NCBI GenBank assembly: GCA_964423505.1
Contig: CAYREX010000001.1
Location: 100,861-164,860, forward strand
Direction of reading: 5' to 3'
From: an uncultured bacterium
Lineage (GTDB): Bacteria; Fermentibacterota; Fermentibacteria; Fermentibacterales; JCC-6
DNA length: 64,000 bases
Part shown: positions 57,711-64,000 of the stretch, one piece after another
Layout of the letters: the number at the start of each line of letters is the position of its first letter
How positions within the stretch are numbered: the stretch's first letter is position 1
Position numbers and translations under genes: made by a program
The notes under the pieces: generated by a model
Databases searched by the model: none
What the model saw: only the letters and a program-made list of their open reading frames with translations
Told to the model about the DNA's origin: nothing

Positions 57711-60086
57711 TCAGCGTACGCTGAAGGAGCGGAGGGTCTCGGCCATCTGACGAAGCCGCCTGTCTACCCTGCCGTATATGCTGTCCGCCCCGTAGGAGCC
57801 GTCCGGCATCCTGCTGCCCGCCGGGAGCCCCGTGAGGAGCTGGATGCCCTGCTCCACCGTCTCCACCGGGTAGATGGAGAAGCTGCCATTGCGGACCGCC
57901 TCGATGACGTAGTCCCTGAGTTGCAGGTCCTCGACGTTGCTCTTCGGGATGAGGACCCCCTGCTCCCCGGTCAGGCCCCTCTCCCGGCAGACCTTGAAGA
58001 AGCCCTCTATCTTCTGGTTCACCCCGCCTATGGCCTGCACCTCGCCGTGCTGGTTCACCGAGCCGGTCACCGCCAGGCCCTGGCGTACCGGCACGTCCGC
58101 GAGGGCGCTGAGCAGCGCGTAGAGCTCCGTCGACGAGGCGCTGTCGCCATCCACGCCTCCGTAGCTCTGCTCGAAGACGATGCTGGCCGAGAGGGAGAGC
58201 GGGTAGTCGCTGGCGAACCTGCCCCTGAGGAAGCCTGCAATTATGAGCATCCCCTTGGTGTGGGTGGTCCCGGAGAGCTCCGCTTCCCGCTCCACGTTTA
58301 TCAGGCCCTCCCGGCCGGCGGTCACCCTGGCGGTTATCCTGGCGGGGAGGCCGAAGGCGTAGTCGACGGTGCTGTAGACGGCGAGCCCGTTGACCTGCCC
58401 GACCCTCTCGCCATCGGTATCGACCTTCAGGGTACCGTCGAGTATCCGCTTCCTGGCGTAGGACTCGCCGAGGTCCAGGCGGTAGACCTTCTCCTCGACC
58501 GCCTTTGCGACATGCTCCGGGCCCACGACCTCGGCGCCCTCCTCCCGGGCCCAGAAGCAGGCCTGGCGCATGTAGTCGCTCACCCTGTTGAACTCGATGG
58601 AGAGCCCGTCCTTCCTGCCGGCCACGCGGACGCTCTCCTCTGCTATGGCGGCGACCGCCCCGGCGGAGAGCGGAGGCAGCCCCTCCGACTCGATTATCGC
58701 CGCCAGGACCGAGGCGAAGCTGGCGATGTTCTCCTCCGTCTTCTCCATGGAGTCGTCGAATGCGGCCCTTATCCGGAAGAGCAGACCGAACTCCGGCTCG
58801 TGGGACGCGAGCAGGGAGTAGAGCCGGGAGGAGCCTATCAGGATCACCTTGACCCTCGTGGAGATCGGCTCCGGATGGAGGTCCACCGGGTAGATGCCCA
58901 GCGGGTCGTGGGAGCGTATCACGCTGGTGCCGTTGCGGAGGGTCTGGATGAGCTGCTGCCAGAGCGCGGGCTGCCTCACCACGTCCATGGCGTTCATGAT
59001 GAGGTAGCCGCCGTCGGCGCGGTGTATGGCGCCCGCCCTTATCATGGTGTGGTCCGTGTAGGGCCTGTTCTCCACCACGACCCTGTCGATGTTGCCGAAG
59101 AGGCTGACCGGGTCGGGGAACTCCTCTATGACCACCGGCCGCCGCTTCCTCTCGGAGTTGTCCAGTATCACGTTGGGCGCCAGGAGGACGAAGGGGTCAT
59201 TCCCCTCCTCGGTCTCGGCGAAGTCCCCGAGGTTCTCGAGGATCAGCTCCAGGATGCTGTCCGCCCAGGCCGAGACCTTCTCCCCGCCCGTCTCGCCCAG
59301 GCCCGCGAGTATGCCCTCGACCGTCGGGCGGACGAGCCGCCTGTGCAGCTTCTCCAGCCTGCTCCCGGCCTCGTTGTCCAGGTCCCTGGCCTTCCTGTAT
59401 GCCGCGGTCAGCTTTGCGAACAGCTCGTCGTGGAGCCGCTCGTAGCGCTCCAGGTCCTCGTCCGTGAGCTTGCCCTCGTCACGGAGCTCCTCCAGCTTCT
59501 CGAAGGTGACGGCCTCGCCCTCCATCACCGGGAGAACGTCCGGCCTGAACTCGGTGGGGGAGACGGGGACGTTCACGATGGTGAAGCCCTTCTCCTCCGC
59601 CTCCTTCCTGACCCCGGCCATCAGCTCCTTCTTCTGCTCCTGGTACGTGCCCTGGAGGATGCGCCGCTCGTGGTCGGCCTTCTCGCTCTTCAGGACGGCG
59701 GGGATGTTGCTGCGGAGCAGATGTACGCACTCCCCGAGCCTCTCGACGAAGCGCTCGGCGCCTCCGGCCGGGAAGACGAGCGCCATCGGCTTCCTGGGGT
59801 CCTCCATGTTCCGGACGAAGGCTATGTCGCGCAGGTCGTCGGTCTCCATGTCTATGCTGTCCAGGATGCGCTTGACAGTGGTCTCCCGGCCGGTGCCGGA
59901 AACGCCGGTGACGAACATGTTGTAGCCTACGGAGGGAATCTCCAGGCCGAGCCTTATGGCCCTGACCGCCCGGTCCTGGCCGACTATCTCGCCGGTTGGT
60001 CTCAGGTCTCCGGTGGTCTCGAATCCGAGCGCGGTCATCGGGCACTCCCACTTGAGCTGCCCGGGCCTAAGGGGCTCCATGGACAT
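57711..60086 (-). CDS. Lon-like protease (COG1067/LonB-LonC type) with degenerate Walker A
   Basis: AAA+-like domain with GVSGTGRET (Lys replaced by Arg) ; S16 protease domain with Ser motif DGDSAS and Lys motif GGVNQKIEG; strong SD AGGAGGGA. Confidence 0.75.
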   Translation of the reverse strand: MSMEPLRPGQLKWECPMTALGFETTGDLRPTGEIVGQDRAVRAIRLGLEIPSVGYNMFVTGVSGTGRETTVKRILDSIDMETDDLRDIAFVRNMEDPRKPMALVFPAGGAERFVERLGECVHLLRSNIPAVLKSEKADHERRILQGTYQEQKKELMAGVRKEAEEKGFTIVNVPVSPTEFRPDVLPVMEGEAVTFEKLEELRDEGKLTDEDLERYERLHDELFAKLTAAYRKARDLDNEAGSRLEKLHRRLVRPTVEGILAGLGETGGEKVSAWADSILELILENLGDFAETEEGNDPFVLLAPNVILDNSERKRRPVVIEEFPDPVSLFGNIDRVVVENRPYTDHTMIRAGAIHRADGGYLIMNAMDVVRQPALWQQLIQTLRNGTSVIRSHDPLGIYPVDLHPEPISTRVKVILIGSSRLYSLLASHEPEFGLLFRIRAAFDDSMEKTEENIASFASVLAAIIESEGLPPLSAGAVAAIAEESVRVAGRKDGLSIEFNRVSDYMRQACFWAREEGAEVVGPEHVAKAVEEKVYRLDLGESYARKRILDGTLKVDTDGERVGQVNGLAVYSTVDYAFGLPARITARVTAGREGLINVEREAELSGTTHTKGMLIIAGFLRGRFASDYPLSLSASIVFEQSYGGVDGDSASSTELYALLSALADVPVRQGLAVTGSVNQHGEVQAIGGVNQKIEGFFKVCRERGLTGEQGVLIPKSNVEDLQLRDYVIEAVRNGSFSIYPVETVEQGIQLLTGLPAGSRMPDGSYGADSIYGRVDRRLRQMAETLRSFSVR

Positions 60087-60114
60087 GTCCCTCCTAACTT
60101 GATGGGCCTCCGGG

Positions 60115-62997
60115 CTACGGGTCCGGGGCCTCCGGCAGCGATGCCGGGACGGTGAGCGGTCCTCTCCCGACGGACAGGACCCTCAGCCTCAACCCCCGCT
60201 CGACCACCGCATCGAGGACGACAGTGGCCTCGGGCCTGGCCAGCAGGGTCATCGCCTCGGCGAAGCGGGGCGAGGGGAGGAACGCGTCGGCGATCCCGCT
60301 GTCGTCCTCAAGCATAAGGAAACCGGCGTCCCGGGCAAGCCTCCTGCGGCAGGCCATCCTGCCCCAGACCCGTACCCGTCCCCGCTCCGGGAGGCCGGCC
60401 AGAGGCATGGTGCCCGCGGGACGTTCCCTCAGGGACATGGGATGGGCGGAGAGGGCGAAGCCGAGCATGCCCAGCTCCATGGAGACCCGGGTCTCCTCCG
60501 AGTACTCCGGCAGCTCCGGGAGACCCGAGGGGGTCCCGGAGAGGAGGCCTCCCCCTCCGGCCTCCAGCCCCAGTATGGCCGTGGCCGGGGTCATCCCCAG
60601 CTCGCGGAGGCAACCGGCGGCGGACATGCTGCGGCAGAGGGAGCGGCCCAGCCCCGCCTGAAGCAGCTCTACGGGAGCCCGGTATGGCCTGCCCGACTCC
60701 AGCCTCTCCATCTCCCGCTCCCCCATCCCTCTCAGATGACGGAACCCGACCATCACGCCATCGTCCCGCCCGGTGGCGGTCCAGCCGCCGGTGTTCACGC
60801 CAGGGGGCATGAGCCGGAGGCCCATTCGCATCGCCTCTGCGGCGTAGACGGACGGCGCGTAGAAGCCTCCGCCCGAGGCCATGGCCGCCGCCATGTGGAC
60901 CGCCGGGTAGCGTTGCTTCAGCCCCGCCGCCGCGCAGGCTACCGCCGCGTAGGTGAAGGCGTGGGCCCTGCAGAAGCCGTAGCCGGCGTAGCCGGAGAGC
61001 AGCTCCCAGGCGGCCCGGGACCTCCCGGGGGAGAGACCGGCGGCCCTGCACATGCCCATGGCCTCCTCCAGCGGGACCTCCCGACGCTTCAGCCTCCTCC
61101 TGAGCATGTCCGCCTCCGCCTCGTCGAGTCCCAGAAGGACCGCCGCCGCCCTGGAGACGTCCTCCTGGTAGAGCATCACCCCCAGGTTCTCCCTCAGCGG
61201 CTCGCGCAGCTCGGGGAACGCCGGGTTCCACCTGCCGCCGCTCTCCAGCCGCTCGAGGTAGCGCCGCCTCCCGCCACCGGCCGAGGCGCCCGGCCGGACC
61301 AGGGCCAGCGCCCTGGCGACGTCCTCCATGGTCTCCACGCGCATCTCCCTGAGGAGGCAACGCATCGCCGGCGACTCAACGTGGACGACACCTATCGTCC
61401 GGCCGGAGTCGAGCAGCTCGCGTGCCGGGGCGGGGAGCCTGCCCCCCTTCCCGAACACGTCCGCCGGCCTGAGGCCGACGGCACCGCACACGGTGGACAC
61501 GGTCGTGAGGCCCCTCTGGCCGAGCAGGTCCATCTTCAGGAGGCCCATCTCCTCCACCCCGTCCTTGTCGAAGTGGGTAATGCACAGTCCGTTCGGACTG
61601 GGCGCCAGAGGCATCTCCCGCTCCAGGGGCCCGCCCGCGACCACGAGCCCGCACGGGTGGGGCGCCAGGTTGGAGGGCAGCCCCAGGAGCAGCTCCGAGA
61701 GGGAGAGGGCCGTGGCGGCCGGCTCCCTCCTCCAGGCGGGAGACCTGCCGCGGTCCAGCAGACGCACCAGGCCGTCCACCTCCTCCCGCCCCATCCCCAG
61801 GCCGGCGGCGGCGACCCTGAGCGCGGCCCTCCTCCTGTGGGTCACCACCTGCGACACGGCCCCGCCCCTCCTCCCGACCCTCTCAAGGAACCAGCGGACT
61901 ATCCCGTCGCGGCCCTCGCTGTCCAGGTCCAGGTCTATGTCCGGCGGCGAGCTGCGGAGCCTGTTGTAGAAGCGGGGGAACGAGAGCCCGTGGCGGATCG
62001 GGCAGACTATGGAGAGGCCCAGGAGGTAGGCCACGATGCTGCCGGCGGCCGAGCCCCGGCAGTTGACCGCCACCCCCTCGCGTCTGCACCTCTCCACCAC
62101 GGAGTGGAAGTCGAGGAAGTAGCCGGCCAGCCCTCCGGCGCGTATGGCCGCCAGCTCCGTCGAAAGGCGCCTGGCCGCCGCCGCGCTCCCTCCGTAGACC
62201 TCCGAGAGGCGCCTGCGGGCAAGCTCGGTCAGGCGGCGCTCCTCGAAGAGGTCCCTCCGGCCGTATCCCGGCGGTGTACCGGGCTCCGTGCGGAGCTCCT
62301 CCGCCAGGCGGAGGTTTCCGGCCAGCGCCTCCGGCGCCTCCCGGAAGGCCTCCTCGAAGACCGGGCGGGGAGGAAGGGTCCATCTCCCGTCCGCCGGGTC
62401 GCCCGGAGAGGGCCTCTCCCCCTCGATGGCCATGTAGCCTGCCCTGAGGACCCGGTGGGCCTCGAGGTGCCCCTCCCCCGTGAACATCGCGGGCCATGCG
62501 GCCACCGGCCTCAGTCCCGCGGCCAGGACCTCGCGGACGGCCTCCCGGGGAGGCGTACCGGAGAGCTCGCCCGGCGGGACGGCCACGGCCACCTCCCCCT
62601 CGAATCCGAGGCCGCGGAGCGCGCCTGCAGCCGGCGGAGCATCCACCAGGGCCGTTAGGCCGGAGCTGAGGGAGAGCGCCTCCTCCACGTCGACCCTCTC
62701 CGGGCAGGCGAGGGCGGTGAGCAGCGAGCAGAGCCCGGCCCAGCCCTCCCCCCGGGATACGAGTACCGCGCGGACGCCGCCGAGGAGAACGGTTGCCCCG
62801 GCAGCGCCCGCGATGCCCAGCTCCCGAGCTCCGGAAGCCAGCTCCAGCTGGCCGGTCAGGAGCCCCTCGTCCGCGAGCACGCAGGACGAGTAGCCCAGGC
62901 GGGCAGCCGCCGAGGCCAGCTCCGAGGGCGCGGCGGTGCCCCTCCTGAGAGAGTAGACGCTCCGGAGAGGAAGGGCTGCCGGTCCGAGATCCTGCAT
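60115..62997 (-). CDS. DNA polymerase III alpha family, error-prone DnaE2/ImuC-like (degenerate PHP domain)
   Basis: Polymerase core GSAAGSIVAYLLGLS...PDIDLDL..., finger HPCGLVVAG..., GLLKMDLLGQRGLTTV; N-terminal PHP residues replaced (LPLRSVYSLRRG rather than HxHxHSxxSxxDG); 960 aa; no SD before the ATG. Confidence 0.7.
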   Translation of the reverse strand: MQDLGPAALPLRSVYSLRRGTAAPSELASAAARLGYSSCVLADEGLLTGQLELASGARELGIAGAAGATVLLGGVRAVLVSRGEGWAGLCSLLTALACPERVDVEEALSLSSGLTALVDAPPAAGALRGLGFEGEVAVAVPPGELSGTPPREAVREVLAAGLRPVAAWPAMFTGEGHLEAHRVLRAGYMAIEGERPSPGDPADGRWTLPPRPVFEEAFREAPEALAGNLRLAEELRTEPGTPPGYGRRDLFEERRLTELARRRLSEVYGGSAAAARRLSTELAAIRAGGLAGYFLDFHSVVERCRREGVAVNCRGSAAGSIVAYLLGLSIVCPIRHGLSFPRFYNRLRSSPPDIDLDLDSEGRDGIVRWFLERVGRRGGAVSQVVTHRRRAALRVAAAGLGMGREEVDGLVRLLDRGRSPAWRREPAATALSLSELLLGLPSNLAPHPCGLVVAGGPLEREMPLAPSPNGLCITHFDKDGVEEMGLLKMDLLGQRGLTTVSTVCGAVGLRPADVFGKGGRLPAPARELLDSGRTIGVVHVESPAMRCLLREMRVETMEDVARALALVRPGASAGGGRRRYLERLESGGRWNPAFPELREPLRENLGVMLYQEDVSRAAAVLLGLDEAEADMLRRRLKRREVPLEEAMGMCRAAGLSPGRSRAAWELLSGYAGYGFCRAHAFTYAAVACAAAGLKQRYPAVHMAAAMASGGGFYAPSVYAAEAMRMGLRLMPPGVNTGGWTATGRDDGVMVGFRHLRGMGEREMERLESGRPYRAPVELLQAGLGRSLCRSMSAAGCLRELGMTPATAILGLEAGGGGLLSGTPSGLPELPEYSEETRVSMELGMLGFALSAHPMSLRERPAGTMPLAGLPERGRVRVWGRMACRRRLARDAGFLMLEDDSGIADAFLPSPRFAEAMTLLARPEATVVLDAVVERGLRLRVLSVGRGPLTVPASLPEAPDP

Positions 62998-63131
62998 GCG
63001 GGTAATGTATACGGATGTTTACTTCGGGGCAACGGTCCTCTCCCCCCGGAGGGAACCGGCCATATAATGCGGGGGTAGACGAAGGGGAAGGAGCTCTCCC
63101 GCGTTAGGGAGAATGGAACTGGAGGAGAAAG

Positions 63132-63902
63132 ATGAAGACAAGACTCTCTCTCGCGGCGGCCCTTCTGGCTGCCGTGCTGGTCATCTCGTGCAACGAGCCC
63201 TCTTCGCCCTCCGGGTCGCTGCCGCCGGTGACGAACCTGGCGGTCGACTTCGACCTCTCCCGCGGCGACACGGTCGTCCTCACCTGGGACCCGGTGGAGG
63301 TCGAGGGGGGAGTGGACGGCTATCACATCTGGTTCTCGCCCATCGGCGTGGCCTGGGACGAGTACGTCAGCGCGGACACCACCTGGAGCCACGAGGGTGC
63401 GACCTCCGCCGGCTCCTACTACGCCAAGGCCTCCAAGGGGCTGGACTACTCCTCCGAGAACTCGAACGAGGTGCACACCACCACCAACCGCGTGCAGGGC
63501 GACTACCTGCTGCGGGTGGACGGCAGCGACGGCTTCCGCTTCGGGCAGGGCTGCGGCCTCATGGGCGAGGCCTCGGCGGACTCGTTCCCCCAGGACATCT
63601 ACATCGCGGTGGCCGACAGCAGCATCTACATCTACTCCGGCGACCACGACCCGGAGAACTACCCCGGTGGCTCCCGGACGCTTCTCTGCAGGCAGGGCGC
63701 GCTGGGCAACGTGGCCCCCGAGCCGGGCGCCGGGAACTGGGTCGACTCCGTCAGGGTGGACGACTGGATGAACGTCTTCGGACAGCTCTCCAACGGCCAC
63801 TTCGTCCGCATGCGGATAGACACCGTCTACACCAACGGCTTCGACTGCTACATGTACGAGTACCAGACGATACCCGCCCTGAGGCTCTTCGACGCCTGGT
63901 AG
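63132..63902 (+). CDS. Lipoprotein, hypothetical
   Basis: SD GGAGGAGAAAG; lipobox LVISCNE; preceded by a TATAAT hexamer at about 63064. Confidence 0.5.
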   Translation: MKTRLSLAAALLAAVLVISCNEPSSPSGSLPPVTNLAVDFDLSRGDTVVLTWDPVEVEGGVDGYHIWFSPIGVAWDEYVSADTTWSHEGATSAGSYYAKASKGLDYSSENSNEVHTTTNRVQGDYLLRVDGSDGFRFGQGCGLMGEASADSFPQDIYIAVADSSIYIYSGDHDPENYPGGSRTLLCRQGALGNVAPEPGAGNWVDSVRVDDWMNVFGQLSNGHFVRMRIDTVYTNGFDCYMYEYQTIPALRLFDAW

Positions 63903-64000
63903 TGGATGCCGCGGAGGGGGGAGGCCATCCCCCCTCCGCCCATCCCCCCCTCCACGCTCCGCTCCCGACCACCGGAATAGCGCCCCCCGGTCGCCTGTAA

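Noticed and set aside
62998-63060. GTAA-N13-TTAC / TGTATAC element upstream of dnaE2 as a LexA box
   Set aside because: It is only a 4-bp inverted repeat and does not match any known LexA consensus (CTGT-N8-ACAG, GAAC-N4-GTTC and others). It is kept only as something to test.

Overview
The window is about 70% GC and densely coding, and looks like an accessory-rich chromosomal region of a Gram-negative bacterium. A complete T9SS-type C-terminal sorting domain points to the FCB group or a related candidate phylum.

Contents, in order:
- 2-385: 3' end of an MBL-fold hydrolase gene.
- 394-2223: FG-GAP repeat protein with a T9SS tail.
- 2365-7459: DUF3298-like secreted protein, S9 peptidase lipoprotein, and a TPR-histidine kinase-receiver hybrid.
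- 8872-9543: remnant of a Thermoanaerobacter-type secondary alcohol dehydrogenase, broken by an in-frame TAG and a missing Rossmann domain.
- 9580-12203: a hypothetical protein and a dihydrolipoyl-dehydrogenase-like flavoprotein in one operon.
- 12304-20468: an eight-gene glycan-biosynthesis cluster on the minus strand, translationally coupled (GT2, GT4, GT4, GT9, GT4, GT4, a GT-A fold enzyme, and a methyltransferase).
- 28020-30216: sulfotransferase followed by a sulfatase-like enzyme that lacks the canonical C-x-P-x-R motif.
- 31231-32396: a family-1 encapsulin operon, with a ferritin-like cargo carrying a GLGVGSLR targeting peptide and the shell gene. The PEBP gene immediately upstream (30699-31160) shares the AT-rich promoter and is probably co-transcribed.
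- 35317-38315: an FecB/FecCD/FecE-type ABC uptake system.
- 40129-40895: a frameshifted and truncated cysK-like pseudogene.
- 43603-45411: TPR-GGDEF protein.
- 48708-53688: class-III aminotransferase, metallophosphoesterase and APC permease.
- 53884-55022: Rrf2 regulator plus a 4Fe-4S protein.
- 55227-57688: GAF-PP2C phosphatase and a pyruvyl transferase.
- 57711-62997: Lon-like protease with a degenerate Walker A, and a DnaE2/ImuC-like polymerase with no imuA/imuB neighbours.

The most unusual signal is a family of four small secreted proteins (7625-8266, 23918-24514, 26802-27452, 34512-35120). Their bodies are dissimilar but they share a conserved C-terminal module ending [ST]-W-[GA]-x-[IVL]-K-x-x-[FW] at or near the C-terminus. 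It is not a T9SS CTD and has no transmembrane segment, so it may be an undescribed sorting or attachment tag.

Other observations: an exact 33-bp direct repeat brackets a small lipoprotein gene; three sharply AT-rich promoter islands interrupt the high-GC background; and an acidic lipoprotein carries a duplicated CIC-x2-CP cysteine motif.

No rRNA, tRNA or CRISPR array was recognised.

Gene starts were derived from ORF-track ends plus residue counts and SD inspection, and may be off by a few nucleotides. Many minus-strand genes start with GTG or TTG overlapping the upstream stop codon.
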